A stretch of DNA of 64,000 nucleotides from the human T2T-CHM13v2.0 reference genome, Homo sapiens. Location: assembly GCF_009914755.1 (NCBI RefSeq), contig NC_060932.1; one strand, given 5' to 3'. Below, piece by piece: positions 31,550 to 46,298 of the stretch (within the stretch, counting starts at the first letter, position 1; each line of letters opens with the position of its first letter). The notes beneath the pieces were generated by a model. It had not been told where the DNA came from. It did no database searches and saw nothing but the letters and a program-made list of their open reading frames with translations. The position numbers and the translations under genes were made by a program.

Positions 31550-32724
31550 GTTTTATTCCAATTACTGATTTGCATACTACAAGTTTCTTAAGGAGCATTA
31601 ACTTTGTGACGACCAGGATGATCTGTTTTTCACCTCAGCTTCCTGGATATTTAGCAAGTGCTCATTAAATGTGTATTGAATGAATGGGTGAAGGACGAGC
31701 GAATTCCTCTAGTAATGCAATGTAATATGCTATAATACAATTTAATTTTGGGAGGAAAGTTTGGGAAAGGAGAAGAAAAATTTTAAGTTAAACTAAAGGG
31801 TTGAAAACAAATACCACCTAGAAAATTAATCCTTTTGATAAATCATCTTTGAAATATACAGGCCAATAGGAAAATGGAATTTTATTTACAATAGATTTAT
31901 TTCTGTTCATATTTCAGTGCTGCTTGTAGTCAGGAAAGGGAGGCACACATTTAGAATTACTATATTATTTCTGTAAGCCCATTTGCCTTATTCTCAGTAG
32001 GTTCACTACTGGCTGGAACTCATTTTCAAGGCTAAATCCTTCACCCAAGTATTCAATTCATTTGGCTCTTGAGAGAGGTCATTAGCTTTCCCGGGATACA
32101 TGTCCCTGCAGTAATGAAGTAGCCTCATGGCCAGGAAACCAAAATCTAGTCCTGCATCACAGCCATCTCCCTGGCCCTGTCCTGGCCTCCTGAAGTGGTG
32201 GGGCTTGGAGGCAAGCTGCCAAGGCTCAAGGCTGGATGTGTGCACGTGTCTCCTCTGGCTTCATGGCCAATATCATCAATAAAGTGCTTCTCACTTTAAA
32301 CCTTTTAAAATAGAAGTTTCTCTTGGAGATGAGAAAAGATGAAACTTCCTATAAAACTATATGGTCAAAGAATACCAGCTTTACCCTTCAGAAGCTGGAA
32401 TGATTTTTTTTGCCTCTTTTAACTCTGAAGTCTATGAGTGACTAAGCAGCATTGCTACCACTCATGGTCAACAGAAAAGATGTCTTCTGCCTCTTCCTCT
32501 TCCAAATGCAGGTATGTGTCTAGCCAACCATGATGTGAATAAAACGTCCTTGCTGGAAGGGATCTGCATTTCTTTATATTTCTTGCCCTCCTGCAGGGAT
32601 GACTTTCAGTGTCCTGCAGGTAAACAGTAAATTATATATTTTCAAAAGTTTCTAATTTAATATCTGAAACGATTATGAACAGCAAACTTTAAAAAACAGA
32701 TCAAAATAGGATACTAAAGAGAGT

Positions 32725-33240
32725 TGTAACATTATCTTTCTCCGGCTTTTTTCTGATGCAAGTAACAGCATATCCAAACTAAAAGTGGCTTAAACAAAAG
32801 GTCCGATCAGTAGCTTCTCACTTAACAGGTGGTCTAGAGATTGGCATTGGTTGGAGAAGCAGATTGGAAACATCATAAAGAGTCTAGAGTTTTTCAGATT
32901 TCCCATTTTGTAACTTTAATGTGTCAGTGATGTCTGCACTAATGCTACCCCATCTCCAAGCATCTTTGTTACCCCAACTAAAAGCAGGAAGAAAGGGAAG
33001 TGACAGCAGTTTCTGTTTGTGCTTTCTTACCAAAGATAAAATTGTTCCAGCGTTGTCCAAAAGCAGATCACACACCTAACTACCACCAGCAAAAGAGAAT
33101 GCAATGACCATGACTTAGACGGTCAATAATCCACCAGAGCAAAGCCTGCTTTCCCCAGCATGTTGCTGCTCAATACCTAAACACAATTAGGATTGTGTTA
33201 GCAAGGAAGAAGCATGGGATATCGAATAGGCCACGGATAG
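32725..33240. mobile_element. Old ERVL/MaLR LTR relic (LTR33/MLT1K-like)
   Basis: TGCAAGTAACAG...AAACT.AAAGTGGCTTAAACAAAAGG motif. Confidence 0.4.
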
Positions 33241-33248
33241 TTTCTTCT

Positions 33249-33652
33249 GTGCAGGTTTGTTACAAAGGTATATTGTGTGGTGCTGAGGTTTGGGGTACAA
33301 TTGAACCTGGCACCCAGGTACTAAGCATAGTACCCAATAGGTAGTTTTTCAGCCCTTGTCCCGCTCCCTCTCTTCCCTCAAGTAGTCCCTAGTGTCTCCT
33401 GTTGCTGTCTTTATGTCCATGTGTACCCAATGCATAGCTCCCAGTTATAAGTGAGAACACGCAGTATTTGGTTTTCTGTTTTTGCATTACTTCACTTAGG
33501 ATAATGGCCTCCAGCTGCATCCGTGTTGCTGCAAAGAACATGATTTTGTTCTTTTTTATGGCTGTGCAGTATTCTATTGTATGTATGTACCACATTTTCT
33601 TTATCCAATGCACTGTTGATGAGCACCTAAATTGATACAATGTCTTTGCTAC
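33249..33652 (-). mobile_element. L1 (older L1PA/PB) 3' fragment
   Basis: Minus translation WIKKMWYIHTIEYCTAIKKN...QLEAIILSE is the L1 ORF2 C-terminus. Confidence 0.88.
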
Positions 33653-35761
33653 CAATTCAGCTTTTAAAAATTGGTTAACAAGAAACCAAAACCAAATTTG
33701 GATGAGAGTCATACCATTGTCTCTCTAGCATATCATAAAACAGGAGTAGATGGCATTTTGTGGGGAATCTTTTGGGTAGACATGATTATCTTGTAAGATC
33801 TATTATTCTGAGGTCTAGTTGCTTTTTAGGTCTACAGGGTGTCTAGTTTTTGAGTATACTGTATTTCATCCCTTTTTGTATATTTAAATTAAAATGAATG
33901 TATTTTTTTTGAAAGCCATTTTAGTATTACCCATATAGCTTCCATTCGTCTTCATTTAGGAAAAGCTTTTTTGGCCAAGATAATCCAGACTCAGGAACAG
34001 ACATGAACTTATACCTGTATCTCTATTGATAGTCATGACATTATCAATACCAGTATGTTTCCCCCCAGCTCATCCTCTTCCTAATTTTATTGCCTGCTTC
34101 CAAAATGAAGGCTATAGGTAGAAGTCAGGAAGAGCTGAATTTCCAGATGACTAAGGAGTAGTAGAAAGAACACAAGAAATTCTACAATTAATGTTGATTC
34201 ATTTGCTTCCTTGGAGTAACACCTCCTCTCATTAAAGAACAACCTTATTATCCCACTGTGAGAAGAAAATGACCTCACAAAGGTGAAATACTATGTGGCA
34301 TGGTAAGCTTCCGACAAGTTTTATTTATTGCTATCCTGATGATAAGAAAAATAATTCCGGTTCTGAAAATTTATATTTTTACAAGTTACATAGTACTGTA
34401 GAAAGTTCAGAAAACATAAATAAGCAAAGAGAAGATACCCATTATCCTATTATAATGGGTATGGTATACCCCAATATCCATTATCAAGTGATAATCAATG
34501 TCAGTATTTCCACATATACACTTACAATATTTTTCCATTCATATCTTTGTATTTTTAAATAAAAGTTAAATCATATAAAACAATACTGTTTGCAATTGAA
34601 ATTCTCTCTCTACAATATATTTCATACATTACCATATGGATATATACAGTTTTACTGAGTGGTTCTGTGTGTTCATAGTTGCTCTACATTTTACTCAAGC
34701 AATTCCCCTGTGGATATATACATTATGAAGATATTTCTACATAAAAAGGAACCCTGTGGTTCAGAACTTTGCAACATTCAAAGTTTTTCATTCTCCAGTG
34801 AGTACTCCCCATTTACAGCAGTGTCCCCAATTCTGCAATGGGGAATGCACAACCCCAGAGTGTTCTTTCAATTTATTCCAACTCCTTCTTCCTTAGTGTG
34901 AGTCTTGGTACTAGTCCCATGCTGAACTGCTTTTATCATCAATTCAAGTTTCCAGAGCATTCCGAGCATTGGAAGACCCACTCCCCACAACTGCTTCATA
35001 GTAGCTCAGGCAGAACCTGAAAGAGAATCTGGAAAATGTGACAATATCAGCACTGTTCATAGGAATTTTCTAGAACAAGTGTTTCTGTAAACCTGGATGG
35101 AATCCCCTGGGCCCTGAATTATAAACCGCAAATTCAAAGCCACAGCAACACCTGCTGCATCCAACAGCTCTTAGGAGCTACTTCCTGGAGCCACTCTGAA
35201 TTCTCCAGAGCCTTTCCATCCATCTTCCACCATCCCAAACATTGGAGCTGAGTGCAGTTTTTAATTGCAGGAGCCTTAGTAGATTTACTTACATATGTTT
35301 TTATTACCCAAACTATAGTATATGCTTGAATGATTTCAGAATGTGGCCACCTATCAGGGAGACAAATATTTATTGTGGTGAGAGAATATTTATTCTGGTG
35401 GTGAGAGATGATTCTTATGGTAGCTAACATATGTGTGTGTGTATATATATATATCTTATTACTTAATATGAGTCAAACATTTTATCTGAATAATTTCCAC
35501 ATTGAAAAAATTGGGTTTTATCTGAATGATTTCCATGTTGACAAAATTGGCATTTCACTATTATATTTTCTCTGTTTTATGTTTTTATTTCCTTCTAGAG
35601 TTCCTTATGAGTTTTAAAATATGACCATGTAAGTCAAGCACCTAGCTCAGTGCCTCATGTAGAAGGCATTCAATAAATGATATTTCCCCTTTCTCTTCTG
35701 CTTTTTTAAGGTGTTATGGCTTATAGGGCATTTTGATGTCCATCATTCATTTGATCTTCTT

Positions 35762-35930
35762 TTTTTTCCTTCAACTTTTATTTTAAGTTCAGGGATACAT
35801 GTGCAGGATGTGCAGGTTTGTTACATGGGTAAACATGTGCCATGGTGGTTTGCTGCACAGATCAATTCATCACCCAGGTATTAAGCCCAGCATCTATTAG
35901 CTATTCTTCCTGATGCTCTTCCCACATCCC
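35762..35930 (-). mobile_element. Very short 5'-truncated L1PA 3' end with TSD
   Basis: TTTTAAGTTCAGGGATACATGTGCAGG...; perfect 14-bp TSD CATTTGATCTTCTT at 35748-35761 and 35931-35944. Confidence 0.88.
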
Positions 35931-36903
35931 CATTTGATCTTCTTAATCCCGAGATGGAGGCAACACTCTCTTCATATATGTTTTATATATAAGAAAGTAT
36001 TCAAATTTAGCTGTTGGTACTACTTCCTTTTTTAGATTATGAATTCTTTAAGGACAAATACCTTCCCTGTGTTTCTTTTTACCAAACAGCTCAACATGTC
36101 AGGTAGAAGAACTGATACATAGCAACAGCAAGACTTTTTTTTTTTCTATTGAAGTCTACCTTAAAAGTGGGTGGTGGTTGTTTTTTGCTTCCAGAAGTTT
36201 TGTTGCTGATAAAATAAGACAAAGTACTCATTCTAATGTGAATTTATGGAATGATTGTCTGCCCATAAAAAATTATTCTCCAGCTTGGAGCAATTAAAGT
36301 AGTCCCTCTCCTCTCCAAATTAATGTAATTAATACTATAGTCCTGGTTGTTTATCATGTCTTGATAATATCACAAGGGAATGAAAATATTGGCTCTTTTA
36401 TCCCCTTAAATAGCGGAGATGAAACTGTTCGAGCTCTAATGTTACAACAGCTGTTTCTCATGTCCCTTGGAATATAATTGGTTGGTACTGAGGTTACTAA
36501 ATTGTGAGAAATTGGCTTTGGTTTTATGCTTGCCTACTTTTGGTGGAGGGAAAGATGGGAAATGTTAGCTTTCTCTTGTAATGAAAAGGCAAAATCTTCC
36601 CCAATGAAATGGCAGCTTCCGGGTCTCATCTGTATAATTTTCTTCAACAACCGACTGTCTCTGGGTTTCTTGGATAACACGCCTGGGAAAGCAAGACCAT
36701 TCTAGCTTCCCTGCTAATTAGCTCTCAACCCCATGCAGCTGGCTGAAATACATGTGGGCTTTCCCATGAGGGGCTTTTTCTGGAAGTCACTATAAAGTGG
36801 TCTGGTCTCCAATGACAAATTCAATAGGGGATTTGAGACCTTAATTATCCCAAATAGTTTATAGGAGCAAGATTCTTTTATCTGAATGTCTTTATTGCTT
36901 AGG

Positions 36904-37108
36904 ACAGTTGTTTTCAATGTGTCGTTCCTAGACCAGCACTGTCAGCATCACCTAGCAACTGGTGAAACATGCAGATTTTCAGGCCCACTCTAGACCTACT
37001 GAACCAGAAACTCTGGAGCAGGGAGGGTCCAGCAATGGAGTCCAGCAATCTACGGTTTAATGAGCTCTCCAGGTGATTCCGATGCCCAATAAACTTTGAG
37101 AACCACTA
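36904..37108. mobile_element. MER5A
   Basis: GACCAGCA...ATGCAGATT...AGACCTACTGAA.CAGAAACTCTGG...TTTGAGAACCACT. Confidence 0.8.
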
Positions 37109-37604
37109 GCTTCGGGTATAACCAGGTTTTCTTGGTTTGTGGTCAGGCAATACTCATTAGTCTGCTGCTAACTTGTCCGCTGTTTAATCTTCATTAGTCT
37201 TCCAAGGAATCGAGTGTGCAGCGAAGTGCATACTCGCCTTCATACCAGCCTCCTCAGAGCAAACTCACTCCCTCACTCATTGTCACTCTCTTGCTCATTA
37301 TTGTCTGAGGTTGTAGGGCAGTGCCTCTCAGTCTTTACTGTGCTCATGAATCATGTGAAAAACTTGTTAAAAGGCAGATTCTCATTTAGAATGGCCAGAG
37401 CAGGGTCTGTGAGTGTGCATTGCTAACAAGCTTCAGGTGCTGCTGCTGGTCCAGAAACCACACAGAACTGACTGGAGGAGCTCATATATGTGACACCAAG
37501 TATATGCTAGAGAAAATGACAACTGTAAAGGACACATACCAGTTAATTGGTACAATATAGGCAATCTAAATAATGATGAATATTATAACAGTTTATCAGG
37601 TAGT

Positions 37605-37906
37605 GTTTCTTTTTTGTTTTTTTTCTGAGACGGAGTCTTGCTCTATCACCCAGGCTAGAGTGCAGTGGCACTATCTCGGCTCACTGAAACCTCCGCCTCC
37701 CGGTTTCAAGCATTTCTCCTGCCTCAGCCTCCTGAGTAGCTGGGATTACAGGCATATATCACCATGTCTGGCTAATTTTTGTATTTTTAGTAGAGACGGA
37801 GTTTCACCATGTTGGCCAGGTTGGTCTCAAACTCCTGACCTCGTGATCTGCCTGCCTCAGCCTCCCAAAGTGCTGGGATTACAGGCATGAGCCACCATGC
37901 CTGGCC
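37605..37906 (-). mobile_element. AluS (Sg-like)
   Basis: Full dimer; TSD TATCAGGTAG. Confidence 0.9.
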
Positions 37907-37937
37907 TATCAGGTAGATTCTTAAACGACAGACTTGA

Positions 37938-38275
<338 letters not shown>

Positions 38276-38450
38276 CAGAAATATTCTTTAGCTCTGCTTT
38301 TCTACTCCTTGGGTTCCTTGTGCTCCCACTCTCCTTTCCACATCTCCTTCCACACAACATCCTCATCCTTCCTTCCTTCCCACTCCCCCGCTTTGTCCCC
38401 ACTTTGTCTCCTCTCTGGTTCTTTCCATCTGAAACTTTATCTGGCTTCTT

Positions 38451-38772
<322 letters not shown>

Positions 38773-39362
38773 TGATACTTACGTCAATTCTCATGAACTG
38801 AAAAGCCAAAGCCAACATTTTGGAGGAGATCAAGTGGGAAAGTCATAAGGGAGAACTTAAGAAGGCTTAACTTTACCACCTAAAACAGTTTTTCAAGTTG
38901 TAAATCCAGATGCTCACCACTGAATTCTTATTTCCCTGGTGTTCACCATCCAATAGGCTATAGTTTTGTCATCCTTTGGGCTCACCTCCTTAGATGGGAA
39001 AGAAATCAAGTATGGGCTGGGTTTTCCCACGAGCTTCCAGACTGGCAAGTTTCCTTTAACCTTTGAAAATTACTTCAAAGTTTCCCTTTGAGGAAAGCTG
39101 TTGGTGTACACAGCTGATGTCTTTGCTCCTGGATCTGACTCCCCTGGCTGAGCTGTAGATGTGGAAACCAGGGTAGGGGAGTCACTTTAATGTCTGCTGT
39201 AAGAAAATGGCAGAAGGAGACTGTAGAAGATGTGAGGAAATAAAGCAAAAGGGTAATCAATCCGCAAGGAAGAAAACCCAGGGCTTCTGTGTGAGTAGAT
39301 TCCTAGACAGTTTCTTTCTGCCTCTTCTTCCTCCCCCATTTCTTTGGCAATAGAGATTCCTC

Positions 39363-39964
39363 TGTTACTGGTAGAGGGTTTGACTGCTAGTTGTCCAGGT
39401 TCTCCGTGTTTTGAACAAAGAATTGGACAAAATGTACATCAAAGCAAGGAAGAATGAAGCAACAAAAGCAGAGAGTCATTGAAAATGAAAGCACACTCCA
39501 CAGAGTGGGAGTGGGCTGAGCAGTGGCTCCAGGGCCCCAGTTACAGAATCTTCTGGGGTCCAAACACCCCCTAGTGGTTTCCCATTGGCCACTTGGTGTT
39601 CACTCTATGCAAATGAAGTAGTGGCCGGCAATCAGTCTGATTGATTGTGGAAAGCAACCAATAAGAGGCTGAAGTGAAGTTACAATGGTTATGCTTCTAT
39701 GCAAAGGAAGACTTAGCCCCCAGTCAGAGGCTGAAGTGAAGTTACAAAGTTACACTCCCATGTAAACGTCTGATTTGTTTCCACAATTTTCCATCTGCCT
39801 TCCAGAAAAACTTGGGGGTGGGGGGCTTTGCAAAGGGAGTGGCCTCTGGTTCTTTTGTTACTTAGGCATGGAAAGTTGGGGTTTTCCTTTCATTTTAGTT
39901 ATACGAAGTCAGCGTGAAATCGGCCTCAGTTTCCCCTCCCTTTGGACCCTATTCTCCTGCCTCA
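39363..39964 (-). mobile_element. MER51-family ERV1 solo LTR
   Basis: TG...CA ends; the minus strand starts TGAGGCAGGAGAATAGGG; internal repeats AGAGGCTGAAGTGAAGTTACAA with CCAAT-like boxes. Confidence 0.8.
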
Positions 39965-40094
39965 CTTCCTCCACCAGGATGTGCATCCCTCAGAAGTTCT
40001 TATAACTGTCCTACAGTTCTTGAGTTACATGGCTTGGAGGAGGAGTATCAGCTTAAATTAAAGAGCAGAGGTTTTCCTTCTGTGCTGTGTCTTT

Positions 40095-40306
40095 ATGCTC
40101 TTTTGGCATCCCTGGACCACATTGGAAGAAGAATTGTCTTAGGCCACACATAAAATACGCTAACACTAATGACAGCTGATGAGCTGAAAAGAAAAAAAAT
40201 CATCACAAAAACATCTCATAATTTTTTAAGAAAGTTTACAAATTTTTGTTGGGCCACATTCAAAGCCATCCAGGGCCACATACGGCTGTGGGTTGGACAA
40301 GCTTGC
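40095..40306. mobile_element. MER30 DNA transposon
   Basis: CCACATTGGAAGAAGAATTGTCTT.GGCCACACATAAAATAC...GGTTGGACAAGCTTG. Confidence 0.8.
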
Positions 40307-40727
40307 CAGCATGGTGCCATCAGACAAATATTAAAAATACACATGAGAAAGCATTTTTTTTTTTTTACTTATGAGCTAACTTGTTTTTCCTTAACTTTTT
40401 TTTCTTTTCATGGGACTAAAATTAGAGAGGAAAATGAAATATCAATGTTAGGCAGAATGAGCCAATAAGAAGAGGTGTGGGACAGACATGTGCTGGGAAT
40501 GGAGGAATAAGGCAGAGGGTGAGACTGAAAGTAAAATCTGATTTGGGTCTTAAAGGATAAGGAGGAGGCAGCATGGAACAGTGATAAGAACATGGGTCTT
40601 AGAATGTGTATCCTGATTCCAACGCTTACTGAGTGAGTGACTCGAAGCGGGCTGAATATCCCAGTAAGATAATGTATAGAAGCACTGCATAAGTCAGAAA
40701 ATACCTGCAGGAAATAGAAACCACTCT

Positions 40728-41090
40728 AGCTATGGTCTGAATGTTTATATGTGCCCCAAATTCATATGTTTAAATCTTTACCCTCAAGGTGACAGAGTTA
40801 GTAGGTGAGGCCATTGGGAGGAGATTTGTTCAAGGGGACAGAGCCCTGATATTTGGGATTAGTGCCCTTATAAAGGAGGCTCGGGTGAGACCCCTCACCA
40901 CTCCCACCATGTGAGGACACTCCTGGGAGGTGCTGCCTATGAACAAGGAAATGGGTCCCCATCAGACACTGAATATGTTGGAGCCTTGCTCTTGGACTTC
41001 CCAGCATCCGGATGTATGAGAAATAAATTTCTCTTGTTTGTAAGCCAACTAATCTATGGTATTTTGTATAGAAGCCTGAATGGACTAAGA
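40728..41090 (+). mobile_element. MLT1A-type MaLR LTR
   Basis: GCTATGGTCTGAATGTTT...GGGATTAGTGCCCTTATAA...AGAAATAAATTTCT...AATGGACTAAGA. Confidence 0.82.
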
Positions 41091-41776
41091 TGGTATTTCA
41101 ATCAGAATAGGGTTTAAAATAGAAAAATAAGTGGTTACAAAATATAGGCGAGATGGCAGGAACTGAAGACACAGGGCCACTAACAAGCTTCAAGGCTTCT
41201 CTTGCAGCTGGCACCCAGTTCAGGAGGCTGCAGGAGACCACATTCACCATCATAGCTGCCCCACAGCCTCAAATCGGTTTTCACACCAGCTTTCTGGTGA
41301 CTGCACAAGCTCCAATTTGATGAGCATGTGCATCAGCCAATACCGACACTAAGGAGAGTGGCCCTCTTCCCTTCCACTTTCCAATCTCATTAGCGTACAA
41401 CTCATTGCTGGACTCTAAATTGTATCGAACTTAACAGCCAAGGAGACTGAGAATATAATTTTTGGCTTTCTGGCCCATGTGATACAAGACCAAGTGGAGG
41501 CAGAGGTGGTGGAAATGGATATTAACAACATGTGGTATAAGTATTAAGTGCAGAGAATCAAGAAATGCTAGTCTGCATAGGAGGAGCAAGTAATGTTCAG
41601 TGAAGTCAGACCAGAGATTGGTGTCAGGGTTTTGGCAGACATTAAAAAAAAAAAAAATAGAAATCTTCCCTTTACACTGGAGAGAAACCCAATGATAAAG
41701 GGAAATGGCAAAGAAGGAAACATAACTGGATATATTTCTCATTCACTCAATGAAAATTAACAATAAGTTTCTATTC

Positions 41777-42080
41777 TTTATTTGTTTAGTTTTAGTTTAC
41801 TTTCTATAAACAGTCTTACTCTGTCACCCAGCCTAGAGGGCAGTGGCACGATCATAGCTCTCTGCAGACTCAAACTCCTAGCTTGAAGCCCTCTTCCTGC
41901 CTCAGCCTCCTGAGAAGCTGGGACTACAGATATGTGCCACAGTGCCTGACTATATCTATATATTTTTAGAGATGGGAGTCTTTCTGTCCTGCCCAGGCTG
42001 CTCTTGAACTCCTGGCCTCAAGTGATCTTCCTGACTCAGCCTCCCAAGTAGTTGGGATTACATGTGTGAGCCACTGCGCC
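41777..42080 (-). mobile_element. AluJ
   Basis: Diverged dimer. Confidence 0.83.
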
Positions 42081-42636
42081 AGGATTCCATTCTAGGATTC
42101 CATTCTATCTGGCTAAGATTCTATCTGTTTTAGGATTTCATTCTATCTGGCTACAATAATAAAGATAATGTCACAGCTTGCTCACACCCTGTGGCTGGAC
42201 CCCGTATCTTCTTCCCACCCACCTACCAAAAGACTGAGGCCCATTTTCCGTTGGCTCTCATTCAAACTCTGTCAGTTAGGATCTTCTCCTTCCCACTCAA
42301 TCCTCTAGGGTGATAAGCACATTTTCCAGCAGCTCTGGAGTCATGGCTGCTTACAAAAACTGTGCCAATCCAAACAAGTCCAGCTGGAAGGCGCTGGACT
42401 TCCTTTCCTCTGCCATCTTCCCAGCTGAAATCACAGGGAGTTTTGAACCAGCAGACAGGAGCTGAAGCAAGAGACACAAGTCTCATTTCCCTAGGGTGAA
42501 GCACAGAGCTGTTAGAATGGTCCCTCCCTTATTCTTTCAAAAAACTTTGACACCTTCAAAAATGGCACAATTGAAGAAGAAGGATAAACAATAATTGAAA
42601 TGGAAGGATAAACAGTACATGATATTATGAAACTAA

Positions 42637-42999
<363 letters not shown>

Positions 43000-45900
43000 T
43001 TTGTCTGTCTTATGTATTGTTATATTTCCCTGCAATCTGTATTGGGGGTAAGAGACAATGACTCTTATTGAGGTGGAGGGCATCGTGTTTCAGAGAAACT
43101 GGCACTCAACAACTATTTCATTTGCTCTTCTACATTTTCTAGCCTCTTTTGCAGTTTGGTTGGGCTGTACAATTAATTCTGGCCAATTAGTGAGTGGAAA
43201 TGACACTTGTAGGCCATGATAATTAAAAGCCTAGAGCTTTCTCCATCTTTCTTTTCCTTCCCTGAAGCAACTTGGGAAACCATTGCCTTGATTCATAATA
43301 CAGAAGAACCCTGGCCCTCTGAGTCATTAGGAGCCTACCCCTGTCCCATGGCCTGCATCAGGTTTTACATGAATAAGAGATAAAGTTTTGTTGGGCTGAG
43401 TCACTGAGATTTCAGGGTTTATCTGTCATTGCAGCATAGCTTAGACTATCTTAACTAATAAACACTGCATTATTCATATATTAATTCAACTGACATTTAT
43501 TGAGTACTCCAGAGTGTTAGTCACAAGAGCAAGAATATTTAGGAACTGGCAAAAAGATAAGCAGCTACAGAAGCAAATTCTAAGAGATATGAAATTCAAA
43601 GGACATTGTCAACACTTTTCTGGCTCAGCTTTTACGAAAGTCTTCAGAGTTCAGTAGCCCTTTGTTCAATGTAACAGAAGTACTAACTAATTTGAGACTG
43701 CCATATGTGTAGAGAAGATGCAAAAAATAAGAATAATTGTTCCTTACATGTTTATGTGCTTCACATTTACAAAGCCTGTTAGAAATGCATGGTCTCATTA
43801 GAAGTTTATCAATAAGTTTGTGAGGATGATATGTGAGGTATGATTGCTCTCATTTTACCCTGGTGGAAAATGAAGCTTGGTCAGGGGAGATCCACATTGC
43901 TGATAAATAACAGAATCAAATCTGAAGCCAAGGTCTGCTGTCTTGAGCCAATGCCCCATACACCAAGCTTCCTGCTAACAGTCTGATATTTGACTTTCCA
44001 TGATGAAAACATACCAGTATAGAAATTGAGGTGTAGGTTAAGGAGGGAGAAATGGGGTAGGCCAAATAACTCTGGTGAATAGTTTTGATGTAAAGAGTAA
44101 AATTGTTAGTTCTGACTCAGTGAGTAATAGAAGCCACATAGATCTTAAACAGAGCATCTTTCTATTTAATTTACCTTTTGCTGTGCCACCTGACTCCATG
44201 GCAATTGCCAGGAAGTAAGCAAAGAAGCAAGACCAGATTTGGACATTTAAATCTTCAGAACCAAATGCAGAGAGAAGAATAACAGAGGGCTAGGAAGGGC
44301 TAGGGTCCCACCTTAGTCCTGGCCATCCCCTGTGATAGTTTCTAGAAAATTTTGGAAGATGGCCTCTCCCTGGGACAGTTATCAAAGGCATATGTTCTAG
44401 GATTGTAGACCCAGTTCATAGTAACATGAAATGATACCTTCTAGGCTCAGTAGCTAATAACCACGCAAATTTTGTGGCCCCAACGAGAGATTCTCACTAC
44501 ATAGCTGGAGGTTTTAGAGCCACGTAGAGACTTTGGCACCTGATTAGAAAAGTTGTTCCAAGGCCTCAGAGGGAGGCTGTGCATCTCTCCCAGGTCCTTG
44601 AACCTCTTGTTTCCAGTGCCAAAATTAACAAATGTTAGAAGCAGACTCTCACTATTCAACAATGTGTAAGCCATAAACCGAAATGACATTAACCTTTTAA
44701 GAATCAATCTCAGCATTAATCTAGCACCCACATTCCCCCTTTACCTCTACGAAAAGTCTATTTCTGCAACTTGGCTTATAGCATCTCTAGAAGTTCCCTC
44801 TTGCCTTCTATCACCTAATGTCTCTCAATTCTTCAAACCCTAACTCAGGTTTCTCTTCTTCTGGGAACCTTCTCCTGTCCATCCCTACCAAGTTCAGACC
44901 AAACATTTAACCATTCAATTCATATCTATCGAATGCTTGCTTTACTGCAGAAACTGTCTTCGGCATTGGGAACACGGTGGTGAACTGGAAACCTCAGATC
45001 AACGGGCTAACTTCCAGTCTAGCAGACCAGAGTATTTGCTTCCTGCTATCTGCTTCTATAACAAATTCAAGTACTCCTACATTGGCCCTCACAATATGCT
45101 GCTGACATGAATCCTTGGCTATCTTTGCTCAGATAAGTTCTTTGATGTCAAAAGCCATTCATGTGTCACACATTTCTGATCTCTGCAGTGCCAAGCAAAG
45201 GAGTGGGCTAATAGATGAATATCTACTAGTTTATATAAGTGACTAATACTATCCTGTGTCATAGAGCTAATGGCGGTGAGGAAGAAGAGTGAGGGAAGGG
45301 ATGTGTTTAGACTTGGTTTGCCTAGAGCACAGACCCAGAGATGTGTTAGAATAATGAATAATAATAATAGTGAATAAACCACAGGCACCGGCCAGGGCCT
45401 GTTTATTACGAAACACATCAAGGAAGTATGATGGTAAACCTCTTCTGGTTGAGTAACTTAGCTTATACTACTTGTTTAAGCTCACCAAGGGAAATTCCAT
45501 CATAAAACACAACTTTTTTTTTAAAGGGATTCCTAAAGGTTGACTTCTGAGTTGTGATTTCTGGGGACACAGTCAAGACTTTTGATTACCTGTACATCTG
45601 ATTTATGGAGAATCATTTGTGCAAAACCAAGAGGGGCACAGTATATCTAAGAGTATAGATTCTCCTCCTTTTAGATAATGTGTACTGCAGAATTACTTAT
45701 AGAATTAGTTATATAGGACCCCAAGTCAATTTACATAAATGTTTTTGCACAAATGTAAAAAAAATTCACTAAGGAATTATGGTTATTTTTGAAGCCAGAG
45801 AAACCCTAATTTCACATGAAGAAATTGAGGCATAAATACCCTAAGTGACTTGTCAAAGATCATGCACTCAATTAGTGTCAAAAGCTGAACTGAAATGCAG

Positions 45901-46298
45901 AACTCATGGCATCTACCTGTGTACTTTGCGCCACATCACAGTAAAGTGTAAAAGCATGTTAGGGAGTTGCAAGCATGCCTTTGAAGCCGTTCTCTATCTG
46001 TCATTATAAATACCCAGACTGATAGAGCTCAGTGGTGTTCTTCCAAGAATGTGAAGCATAGACTGCAGAGAATCCACAGCAAGAGGGGTTAAAATTAAAC
46101 CTGTGGGAATTAATCTCCAACTTTCTAGGCACGGGCAAAGTGAGAGTATATCAATCAGAGAAGAAAAAATGTAGAGTCCAGAAAATGAGACAATATCCTA
46201 ACATGCCATAGAATATGGAAAGCACGAAAACACGGAGAGGACTGAGGTCTACGCACAGTCATTTCCCAGACCCCCAGATCCTTGTTTATTTACTCCCT

